The notes beneath the pieces were generated by a model that was given only the letters and a program-made list of their open reading frames with translations, ran no database searches and was not told where the DNA came from. DNA of 64,000 nt from a virus (lineage: Duplodnaviria > Caudoviricetes), in IMG/VR virus record IMGVR_UViG_3300010429_000387, positions 256,001-320,000 of that record; one strand, given 5' to 3'. Positions 46,141-54,119 of this stretch are shown here, one piece after another. Made by a program: the position numbers and the translations under genes. Each line of letters begins with the position of its first letter. Positions within the stretch are counted from its first letter, which is position 1.

Positions 46141-47799
46141 GTGAACACCCGAACAAAATGGGCCATCGGCATCACGGTTGGAGTCTTTGGAGTCTCGACC
46201 ATCACCACCTGGTTGACCTTCCCCTACTTCCTGAAGAGGTATGTCAACGGCCTCAAGCCGGGGGTTCAGGTGGACGAGGTCAAGTGGAAGAGCTGGGATT
46301 GTGCCCAGCTCAGGGGAATCCACATCGACCGCCCCAACGTGAAGGGGGTGCTTACTCAGGCAGTGGCCTGCAAGGATGCCAAGACCTTCGATGCTGACGG
46401 TGGAAAGCTCGAAGTCACCCTCATGGATGGTGATCCCAAAGAGGAGGGTGATGGGTTCACAATCACAGCAAAGAACCTTCAGGTCCACGTCACACGGGGC
46501 AAGTGGACGGCTGATGCTGAGGGGGTGACCTTGGACTCCACCAAGGTCTGTGGCGCTAAGGCAACGGCCAAGCACAAGGGGGTGGAAGCCTCCCTGGAGA
46601 GCCCCTGCCTGGACCGGAAGACCAAGGTGGTCACCTTCACCAGCGGGGAGGCTACCCCCGACCTTGAGTTCCAGGGTCACAAGGTAGGTAAGGTCTCCTT
46701 CGGGAAGGGCTTCTTCGACCCGGTTGGGTCGGTTCAGCTCGATTCCCTGGTCCGAGCCCCAGTGTCCTTCCAGGGCCTCTCGGTGAGCCTCCAGGATGGC
46801 AAGCTCCTGGTCAAGGCTCGTGGAGTCACGGTCACGCATGAGAGGCTCTACACGGCTCCTGTGACCCTTCAGAACGTGGAGGTGATCCCCATCGACCTGA
46901 AGTCTCCTTCTGCCGGGGACCTGTGGGTCTCGGTCAACGGAGCCAAGCTCAACTTCAACCTGGATACCAAGCACGCTTGGGGGTCGGAACCCTGCCAGAA
47001 GTGGCTGGGAGCGGTCCCCCAGGAGATGAAGATCGACCCGATCCCCCAGGTCAAGTTCGTCGGGGACTTCAAGTTCGACCTGAAGATCGAGCCGGACGTG
47101 AAGCTGTCCCTGACCAACACCTGCAAGATCGATGGCCCTCGCCCGGCCTTCATCAAGGCTCTGGACGGGAAATTCAAGTACACGGCCTACCACCCTGGAA
47201 CCAAGCCCTTCGAGCGTGAGACTGGATCGGGTACCCTAGATTGGACCCCCCTTCAGGCAGTCTCCCCGAACATGGCGACAGCCCTTACCACAACCGAGGA
47301 CCCTGGTTTCTTCGGGCACCGGGGTTTCATCACAGCGGCCATCGAGAACAGCCTGAGAGACAACATGAAGCTCGGGAAGTTCTTCCGGGGCGGCTCTACC
47401 CTCACAATGCAGCTCGCAAAGAACCTCTGGCTCTCTCGGACTCGAACCATCGGGAGGAAGGTCCAAGAAGCGATCCTCACCGTGGCTCTTGAAAGCACCC
47501 TACCCAAGGACAAAATCCTGGAGCTGTATCTCAATGTAGTCGAGTTCGGCCCGGACATCTACGGGATTGGTCCGGCAAGTCGGACCCTCCTGCACAAGGA
47601 GCCGATGACCCTCTCTATCCCGGAGTCCTTGTACTTGGTGCTTCGGCTCCCGGCCCCCAACAACTCAGCCTCCTACGAGCAGAAGAAGGGCCTTATCAAG
47701 CGATTGATGGACAACATCGCTGCTTCAGGGAAGGTCCCTGCTGAACTCATCGAGGTTGAGAAGGGCCTTCTTGACTCAGACACTCAGGAGATCCCATGA
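46141..47799 (+). CDS. Membrane-anchored peptidoglycan glycosyltransferase (GT51, monofunctional)
   Basis: N-terminal TM helix; EDPGF..H.G, GGSTLTMQLAKN, RK..E, K..ILELYLN, YGI; no transpeptidase domain. Confidence 0.9.
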   Translation: MNTRTKWAIGITVGVFGVSTITTWLTFPYFLKRYVNGLKPGVQVDEVKWKSWDCAQLRGIHIDRPNVKGVLTQAVACKDAKTFDADGGKLEVTLMDGDPKEEGDGFTITAKNLQVHVTRGKWTADAEGVTLDSTKVCGAKATAKHKGVEASLESPCLDRKTKVVTFTSGEATPDLEFQGHKVGKVSFGKGFFDPVGSVQLDSLVRAPVSFQGLSVSLQDGKLLVKARGVTVTHERLYTAPVTLQNVEVIPIDLKSPSAGDLWVSVNGAKLNFNLDTKHAWGSEPCQKWLGAVPQEMKIDPIPQVKFVGDFKFDLKIEPDVKLSLTNTCKIDGPRPAFIKALDGKFKYTAYHPGTKPFERETGSGTLDWTPLQAVSPNMATALTTTEDPGFFGHRGFITAAIENSLRDNMKLGKFFRGGSTLTMQLAKNLWLSRTRTIGRKVQEAILTVALESTLPKDKILELYLNVVEFGPDIYGIGPASRTLLHKEPMTLSIPESLYLVLRLPAPNNSASYEQKKGLIKRLMDNIAASGKVPAELIEVEKGLLDSDTQEIP

Positions 47800-49028
47800 A
47801 AGACCCGCTAGCTTGGAAAGCAGACCGAGGACCAATGACCGTCGTCTATGCCAGGGAAGCGCTCCCCACTTCAGTGGTCAAGAGCATCTTCTTGGCTGGT
47901 CCCACCCCAAGGGACAAGAGCGTCCCCTCCTGGCGCCCTGATGCCCTGAAGGCTCTTAGTGACCTCGGGTTCAACGGTCACGTCTTCGTGCCCGAACCCA
48001 GGGAAGGGGTCTTCACCGAGGACTACGTAGAACAGGTTGAGTGGGAGAGTGATGCCCTCAACATGGCTGACGTGGTCGTGTTCTGGGTTCCCAGGGAGAT
48101 GAAGACGATGCCAGCTCTCACCACGAACGTTGAGTTCGGGGTCTGGGCGGATAGCGGCAAGGCAATCCTAGGGTACCCTGAGGGGGCTGAGAGCGTTCGT
48201 TACCTTCAGCACATGGCGGACAAGCTGAAGATACCCTCGGTCAAGACCCTCCCCGATACTATGACCCGAGCCCTGGAGATTCTTGGTGAGGGTGCCCCCC
48301 GAGTGGACGGTGAGGCCAAGGTCCCCCTCCTGATCTGGAACCACCCAACGTTCCAGAGGTGGTATGCAGCCCAACGGAAGGTTGGGAACCGTCTCGACTC
48401 CGCCAAGTTGCTCTGGACCTTCCGAGTGGGGCCAAACCGGGACAAGGTGTTTTGCTGGGTGCTCCATGTCAACGTCTGGATCCGCTCTGAGGGCCGGGTG
48501 AAGTCCAACGAGTTCGTTTTCGGGAGGACGGACATCTCTTCAATCGCCCTTTTCTACCGGCCTGAGGAGAAGGTTGGCACGTCGGACTACCTCTTCGATA
48601 CAGAGGTTCTCCTGGTTCGGGAGTTTCGGAGCCCGGCTCGAACTCCCTCGGGGGACATCATGGAGCTGCCTGGAGGGTCCTCCAAGACGGACACGGGGGA
48701 GACTCTTCGGGTTGCGGTGGAGGAGCTGAAGGAGGAGACCTCCTTCGGGATCGATCCTGCCAGGATGACTGAGTTGGGTACCCTTCAGATAGCTGGCACC
48801 CTCTCTGCTCACACGAGCACGCTCTTCGCTAGTCGCCTCACGAAAGAGGAGCGGGACCAGATTTGGAAGATCGCTTCGTCTGGAAAGACCTTCGGTGTTG
48901 AAGAGGATACGGAGAAGACCTACGTCGAGATTCGGACCCTTCGCCAGATCATGGAGCACAACATGGTGGACTGGTCCACTCTCGGCATGATCCTCACCTC
49001 GATACTGACCGACGGGACCCACACATGA
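47796..49028 (+). CDS. Nucleoside 2-deoxyribosyltransferase-like domain fused to a Nudix domain
   Basis: SIFLAGP...SWR, QVEWE...L..AD..VFW, TTNVEFG; VREFRSP, ELPGGS...A.EEL.EET. Confidence 0.82.
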   Translation: MKDPLAWKADRGPMTVVYAREALPTSVVKSIFLAGPTPRDKSVPSWRPDALKALSDLGFNGHVFVPEPREGVFTEDYVEQVEWESDALNMADVVVFWVPREMKTMPALTTNVEFGVWADSGKAILGYPEGAESVRYLQHMADKLKIPSVKTLPDTMTRALEILGEGAPRVDGEAKVPLLIWNHPTFQRWYAAQRKVGNRLDSAKLLWTFRVGPNRDKVFCWVLHVNVWIRSEGRVKSNEFVFGRTDISSIALFYRPEEKVGTSDYLFDTEVLLVREFRSPARTPSGDIMELPGGSSKTDTGETLRVAVEELKEETSFGIDPARMTELGTLQIAGTLSAHTSTLFASRLTKEERDQIWKIASSGKTFGVEEDTEKTYVEIRTLRQIMEHNMVDWSTLGMILTSILTDGTHT

Positions 49029-49375
49029 CCTCTGACGTGAGCCGACCCCCAAGAGCTGTCACCTACTGCTCCTTCGCCACCGATGAGGCTGGTTGCCTTG
49101 GGGTGTGCATTCTGGAGGGGAGCCTGGACCCGGTAGCCGCCTCGAAGATGGCCTGGGGCCTGAAGATCAACCCAGGGGGTCAGCTCATGGCGATCTCTTG
49201 CCAGGAGACCGACGAAGATGTCCCCTTGAGCATCTTCGAGGCCATGTGGGCCAACCGAGGGAGGCTCATCTCAGGAGCAGAGGCCCGAGACCTGTTCGAG
49301 GCCAAGAGCGTCCGGGAACTTGATGAGGAGAGGGAGGGAGCACCCAAGGGCACCCCCTCCGCTCAGGTCAGTTGA
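49025..49375 (+). CDS. Hypothetical protein
   Basis: ATGA coupling; SFA...LG......A....INPGG pattern. Confidence 0.7.
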   Translation: MTSDVSRPPRAVTYCSFATDEAGCLGVCILEGSLDPVAASKMAWGLKINPGGQLMAISCQETDEDVPLSIFEAMWANRGRLISGAEARDLFEAKSVRELDEEREGAPKGTPSAQVS

Positions 49376-49727
49376 CTTCGTGCTCTGGGCTCCAGGCCAG
49401 GACAATCTCAGTCGTCTCCCCGAAGTAGACCTTCTCGCCCCGGCATCGAACGTAGAGCCGCTTCAGGAGGTACTCGGGCAGGTCCTCGATAATCCCCAGG
49501 AAGGTGGCCCAGAAGGCACGGAAGGCGTCATCTGGGAGGCGTGGGAGGAAGCAGATGGCCTGCCCTCCCAGCTTGGTCGTGAACTTCGCCTGGAACCCCT
49601 TGTCCGGGCGACGCCAGAGGACCGTGTGAACCCTACCAATGAGCTGATCACCCTGGTGGAGGTCCACCAGGCCCGTCGAGTGAAGGGTCACCCTGTAGGA
49701 GTTTCCATCACTTGCAAATGTGGACAC
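49368..49727 (-). CDS. Hypothetical protein
   Basis: Convergent ORF; GTG start inferred. Confidence 0.5.
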   Translation of the reverse strand: MSTFASDGNSYRVTLHSTGLVDLHQGDQLIGRVHTVLWRRPDKGFQAKFTTKLGGQAICFLPRLPDDAFRAFWATFLGIIEDLPEYLLKRLYVRCRGEKVYFGETTEIVLAWSPEHEVN

Positions 49728-49767
49728 ACGAAGAATTGAGTTGAACTTCTTCTCTTCGCTTTTCTTG

Positions 49768-49796
49768 TTGCGCAAACCGTTATTTGGTCTTATCAT
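49768..49796 (+). promoter_or_regulatory. Sigma70-like promoter TTGCGC-N17-TATCAT
   Basis: Canonical 17-nt spacing in an AT-rich intergenic patch. Confidence 0.55.
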
Positions 49797-49802
49797 TATC
49801 TT

Positions 49803-49943
49803 GACTTTCTGATCTGTGATTTGGTGTTACATCAGAAAGTGGTGTTCCTAGCGCCACTTTCGGACCCTCTACTGTACACCAGGATCGGGGTGAGTCAACG
49901 GACCCCTGGGGTGGATTTCCACTTTGGGGGTCTCGCCTTTTCT
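49803..49943 (+). ncRNA. Candidate structured small RNA or leader
   Basis: Lies between the sigma70-like promoter and a terminator hairpin (49901-49932); has two mutually exclusive stems and no credible ORF. Confidence 0.4.
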
Positions 49944-49959
49944 GGTGTATGCCTCGGGG

Positions 49960-50250
49960 ATGAACGACGCCTACCTTGCAGAAGAGATCATCCAACGCCT
50001 CAACCGCCTCATCCAAGATCCCAACGTCAGGGATGACATTGGCAAACTTCTTGAGGTTCGGGTCAATGCAAGCCCAGAGACCTGCAACCACCCAACCATC
50101 CAGGTGCAGTCCGACCTTTTGGGGACCCTGGGGCTCCTGAATGGAATCGTTGGGTCCATCAACTCCGGCTCCAAGCAGGGCTGGGGGTACATCGCTGCTG
50201 TCTTCGATGATAACGGGGTGCTGAAGATCTTCACAAGGATCGGGGCATGA
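49960..50250 (+). CDS. Hypothetical protein
   Basis: GGTGTA 10 nt upstream of ATG; LG.LGLLNG..G motif. Confidence 0.7.
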   Translation: MNDAYLAEEIIQRLNRLIQDPNVRDDIGKLLEVRVNASPETCNHPTIQVQSDLLGTLGLLNGIVGSINSGSKQGWGYIAAVFDDNGVLKIFTRIGA

Positions 50251-50966
50251 TCGTAGGGATTTCGGGTCTCACCATCGAGAGGGGGATCTTCGGGTTCTGG
50301 TCTCGACGGGGCAACGCTGGGGCTGGGAAGGACGAAGCCGCCAAGAGGCTCATTCAGGAGCATGGGTTCGTTCCCCTGGCCTTTGCCGACCCGATGAAGC
50401 GAATCATCAAGGAGGTCTACGCCTTCAGTGATGACCAGCTCTGGGGTCCGAGTGAGATGAGGAACCAGCCAGACCAGAGGTACCCTCAGCACATGTCCCA
50501 TGGCCCGGCCATTGTGGATGTGGTGGACGGCAAGACGGTCCCTCACTGCCTGACCCCCAGGTTTGCCCTCCAGACGCTTGGGGAGGAATGGGGCCGGAAC
50601 TGCTATCGAAACACCTGGGCAGAGTATGCTCTGCGGATAGCTAAGCTCATCGAAGCTGGGGGTTGGGACTACGACCAGAAGACTGGGCTCACCCGGCGAG
50701 ATGGGGCTCCATCTCGGAACGTGGTCATCACGGACCTTCGCTACAAGAACGAGGCGGAAGCAGTCCAGCTTGGAGATGGTTATCTCGTTCGGTGCAAGCG
50801 GGTGGTCCCCAAGCTGAAGGTGGTCCCCAACCACAAGAGCGAGGTGGATCTGCTCTCCGTCCACGATGACGACTTTAACTGGATCCTCAACAACGACGGG
50901 ACAGTTCAAGACCTCTGGAACAAGGTGGACGAGATGGTTCGAGTCTGGCTGGCGAGGGGCAAGTGA
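50247..50966 (+). CDS. Deoxynucleoside monophosphate kinase
   Basis: IVGISG...AGAGKD, AFADP.K, TPR..LQ.LG.E.GR, W, VITD.RY.NE, H.SE, N.GT. Confidence 0.88.
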   Translation: MIVGISGLTIERGIFGFWSRRGNAGAGKDEAAKRLIQEHGFVPLAFADPMKRIIKEVYAFSDDQLWGPSEMRNQPDQRYPQHMSHGPAIVDVVDGKTVPHCLTPRFALQTLGEEWGRNCYRNTWAEYALRIAKLIEAGGWDYDQKTGLTRRDGAPSRNVVITDLRYKNEAEAVQLGDGYLVRCKRVVPKLKVVPNHKSEVDLLSVHDDDFNWILNNDGTVQDLWNKVDEMVRVWLARGK

Positions 50967-51172
50967 GCTGCCAGACCTGTGGCGGGTACCGTTGGTTCGA
51001 TGACCGAGGGTTCCCTGCCTCAGGTCAGCCTGCCTTCGACTTCACCCCCTGTAAGACCTGCAACCCCGAAGGGAAGCGGGAGATGTGGGGGAACGAGCCA
51101 GGGGACCCAGGGTACAAGCCAGGACCCGATCATCGGTTCGTCATGGTCCTAAGGCCCGACGAACCGGTCTAG
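50963..51172 (+). CDS. Small Zn-finger protein
   Basis: CQTCGG...PCKTCN; GTGA coupling. Confidence 0.6.
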   Translation: MSCQTCGGYRWFDDRGFPASGQPAFDFTPCKTCNPEGKREMWGNEPGDPGYKPGPDHRFVMVLRPDEPV

Positions 51173-51393
51173 ATCACCTGACGAACCTCCCTGACAAGAT
51201 CCATGTATTCCCCGATCAAGTCAACTCGTTCGGCCTGGTCTGGGGTCTCGACCGTCCACTGGCCGAACATTTCAGCAAACCTGTCGAGTCTCTCCGCAAG
51301 ACGAAGTGACTCAAGGGTCCTCTGCTGACGGAGCTTGGCAGCGAGCCCTTCAGCGCTCTTTTGGAAGGAAGAGGCTAGGAGTGCTTCGCCCAA
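51169..51393 (-). CDS. Small helical hypothetical protein
   Basis: Downstream of the endolysin on the same strand; start uncertain. Confidence 0.45.
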   Translation of the reverse strand: MGEALLASSFQKSAEGLAAKLRQQRTLESLRLAERLDRFAEMFGQWTVETPDQAERVDLIGEYMDLVREVRQVI

Positions 51394-51406
51394 GACTCAT
51401 GAACTC

Positions 51407-52186
51407 TCACAGGATCTTGGCAAGCTCGAAGTGCATCCCATCTTTTCGTGGGAAGTGTCCGCCCCAGTAGAACCCATGTTCGTTGGCAAGGGGTACGAGC
51501 TTTCGGACGGAGCCTTCCTTGCCAGCAAGTGCTGGAACAGCACCAAGGTAGTTCCAGGCCACATTGATGTCGAAGGCTGTCCCGAATGCGTGGTTGGACA
51601 AGATGGTCCGGCTTCCTCGGATGAACCTTGGGGCATAGGAACCACCCCAGGACTTCACGAGCGGTAGCAGACCAGCGTCTTCCCATGCCTTGAAGAGGGC
51701 TGTGAGTTGGTCAGCCCCCTTGCGGTGGAAGAGGATGCTGTTCCGGATTGGACCACCTTGAACACCTTGGAGCTGTGGGACAACCACGGTCACCATGTTC
51801 TTCGACACCCAACTGTCGGTGATCCGAATGCACTCAGGGTTGCTCGGAATTGAAGCCGGAATGAAGCTGAAACGCCCAAACAAGTCCTCCCTGGTCTTCT
51901 GACTCGGGGGGTTGAAGTTCGGAGGGATAGGCCACCGCTCATCAAGGTCCTCAGGGTTCTCCGTAGGTGGGTTGAAGCCCAACTCCTTGGCCTTCCCCAA
52001 GGTCTGTGGCCCCACCTTACCGTCTACATCCAGATTGAAGTCCTCCTGGAACTGGCTGGTGGCAGCTTCAGTAGCTTCACAGAAGAGCCCAAACCGGTTG
52101 ACTGCCTTCAGGTAATCCTTGGCAATGAGGAAGTTCTGCCAGTCAACGACAGGTTGCCCGGTGGAGCCCTTGAGGAGGATGTCCAT
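51407..52186 (-). CDS. Endolysin: peptidoglycan-binding domain plus M15 peptidase
   Basis: L.KGS.G..V..WQ, FQ....L.VDG.VGP.T; R..RG, SNHAFGTAFDIN, WGG.F...DGMHFE. Confidence 0.9.
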   Translation of the reverse strand: MDILLKGSTGQPVVDWQNFLIAKDYLKAVNRFGLFCEATEAATSQFQEDFNLDVDGKVGPQTLGKAKELGFNPPTENPEDLDERWPIPPNFNPPSQKTREDLFGRFSFIPASIPSNPECIRITDSWVSKNMVTVVVPQLQGVQGGPIRNSILFHRKGADQLTALFKAWEDAGLLPLVKSWGGSYAPRFIRGSRTILSNHAFGTAFDINVAWNYLGAVPALAGKEGSVRKLVPLANEHGFYWGGHFPRKDGMHFELAKIL

Positions 52187-52262
52187 GCCTACTCTGGCTG
52201 ATAAGTGGACTCGCAACCCTAAGATTCCGGGTGGTTGCAAAAAAGATCGGGGTTCGGTCGAT

Positions 52263-52281
52263 TTGTGTTCGACAGACACAA
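52263..52281. promoter_or_regulatory. NrtR-type operator 1, TTGTGT-N7-ACACAA
   Basis: Perfect inverted repeat with GT-N7-AC core directly upstream of nrtR. Confidence 0.75.
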
Positions 52282-52293
52282 TCCCGTGGTGTA

Positions 52294-52322
52294 GATGACT
52301 GTGTAGGACGGACACAGTCATC
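52294..52322. promoter_or_regulatory. NrtR-type operator 2, GATGACTGTGT-N7-ACACAGTCATC
   Basis: Perfect 11-bp inverted repeat with GT-N7-AC core; GGTGTA (52288-52293) lies between the two operators. Confidence 0.75.
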
Positions 52323-52334
52323 CCTGAGGCCCAC

Positions 52335-53111
52335 ATGGTTGCACCCTTTGATCACGAAGAAGCTGAGGACAGGCGACTCAAGTATCGGTACGAGTTTCCG
52401 ATGGCAGCCCTCACCGTGGATGGGGTCGTATTCGGGTTCGACCCGGACGACGTTGACGACCCGCTCAAGGTTCTGCTGATCTTCCGTGGAGAGGAGCCCT
52501 TCAAGGATTGCTGGGCGATTCCAGGTGGGCACGTTAAGATCATCAACGATGAGGGCCTAGAAGATGCCGTTCGTCGGGAGCTTCGTGAGGAGACCGGGGC
52601 TACGATTTCCCACCTCGAACAGCTCTACACCTTTGCGGCCCCTCACCGGGACCCCCGTGGACGTGTTGTTTCGGTGGCCTACCTGGCCCTTGTTCGAGCT
52701 TCCGACTTCGATGTGAAGGGCGGGGACGATGCCACAGAGGCCCGGTGGGTCTCTGTCAACGACCTCAACTTCTCCGGCCAGCAGGTACCGCCCCTTCAAC
52801 TGGCCTTTGACCATGCGGAAATCCTGCTGACGGCCCTGACCCGGCTCCAAGGCAAGATCCGGTATGCCCCCATCGGGTTCAACCTCTTGCCCCCAAGGTT
52901 CACCCTCGCTCAGTTGCAACAACTGTACGAGGCAGTCCTTCAGAGGAAACTCGACAAGAGAAACTTCCGTAAGAGGATCCTCTCAATGGGAATCCTTGTT
53001 GAGGTCGGTGTCAATGAGGAACGTAAGCCGGGTCCGGCTGCCCGCCTCTATCGTTTCGACAAGCGGGCCTATGACCAGGCAGTGAAGCGTGGTTTCAACT
53101 TTGAGATGTAA
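52335..53111 (+). CDS. nrtR: NrtR-family regulator (Nudix plus winged HTH)
   Basis: WAIPGG...E...A.RREL.EETG, LEQLYTF....RDPR.RV.SVAY, LAFDH, FTL..LQ..YE.VL...LDKRNFRK, P..LY.F. Confidence 0.93.
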   Translation: MVAPFDHEEAEDRRLKYRYEFPMAALTVDGVVFGFDPDDVDDPLKVLLIFRGEEPFKDCWAIPGGHVKIINDEGLEDAVRRELREETGATISHLEQLYTFAAPHRDPRGRVVSVAYLALVRASDFDVKGGDDATEARWVSVNDLNFSGQQVPPLQLAFDHAEILLTALTRLQGKIRYAPIGFNLLPPRFTLAQLQQLYEAVLQRKLDKRNFRKRILSMGILVEVGVNEERKPGPAARLYRFDKRAYDQAVKRGFNFEM

Positions 53112-53133
53112 CATCAGGAAAGGTAGGTAAACT

Positions 53134-54069
53134 ATGGGAAGCAGTCATTGGAGTGATGATTTCTACGCTCAACGTGAGCAAGTTCGGAAGAGCACTGGGA
53201 CCTCGGCCTTCGCTCACGATGCCGCTGTGAAGCGGGCGGCACCGAAGGACCAGAAGGTTCACGAGAAGTTGGACCCCAAGGGGGTCAAGTTCCGTGAGGC
53301 TCGGGACTCTCTGGCCCATCCGGAGTCGCTGCCCATCATGGTGATGCTGGACGTGACCGGGTCGATGCAGAACTCGCCCAGGGTGATCCAGGCAGCCCTC
53401 CCTAAGCTGATGGGGAGCATCACGACCTTGGGCGGGACCCAGCACCCTCAGATCCTCTTCGGGGCCATTGGGGATTCCAGGTCGGATCGAGGGTCCCTCC
53501 AGGTCGGCCAGTTCGAGAGTGGGATCGAGATGGATGACGACCTCGGTCGGTTCTGGCTCGAAGGTGGCGGTGGTGGTTCGGGCGAGGAGTCCTACCAGAA
53601 CGCCATCTACTTTGCGGCTCGCCACACGGTCACGGACCATTGGGAGAAGCGCCAGAAGAAAGGCTACCTCTTCATGATCGGGGATGAACTCCCCTACCCT
53701 CAGGTCAGTGCTTCCGAGATCATGACCCTCTGTGACAAGAGCCTCGAAGGGGTGAACATCCCGACGGAGCAGATCGTCAAGGAGGCCCAGGAGCGGTACA
53801 ACGTCTTCTTCATCATCCCACGTCACGCTGACCATGGGTCGGATCCCCGTCTCCGTCAGAGGTGGAGTGACCTTCTTGGGGAAGACCATGTCATCCTGAT
53901 GGACCGGGAAGACTTGATCTCCGAGACCATCGCCCTGGCAATCGGCCTGTGTGAGGGGAACGTGAACCTCGAATCGGAGAAGGTTGATGCCTCGGTGGCG
54001 CTCTCCCTCCGGACCCTCGCTGCAAGCCTCGGGAAGAAGATCCCGACCCCCAAGACCGTTCGCCTGTAA
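53134..54069 (+). CDS. vWA-domain protein
   Basis: MIDAS DVTGS, AIGD, QFES, EGGGG...ESY, IGDE. Confidence 0.85.
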   Translation: MGSSHWSDDFYAQREQVRKSTGTSAFAHDAAVKRAAPKDQKVHEKLDPKGVKFREARDSLAHPESLPIMVMLDVTGSMQNSPRVIQAALPKLMGSITTLGGTQHPQILFGAIGDSRSDRGSLQVGQFESGIEMDDDLGRFWLEGGGGGSGEESYQNAIYFAARHTVTDHWEKRQKKGYLFMIGDELPYPQVSASEIMTLCDKSLEGVNIPTEQIVKEAQERYNVFFIIPRHADHGSDPRLRQRWSDLLGEDHVILMDREDLISETIALAIGLCEGNVNLESEKVDASVALSLRTLAASLGKKIPTPKTVRL

Positions 54070-54080
54070 CTCGTTCACGA

Positions 54081-54108
54081 AGCCGGGGAGGAGGGGTCCT
54101 CCCCGGTT
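54081..54108 (+). other. Intra-operon RNA hairpin without U-tract
   Basis: AGCCGGGGAGGA-GGGG-TCCTCCCCGGTT. Confidence 0.6.
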
Positions 54109-54119
54109 CTGAGGTTGTC

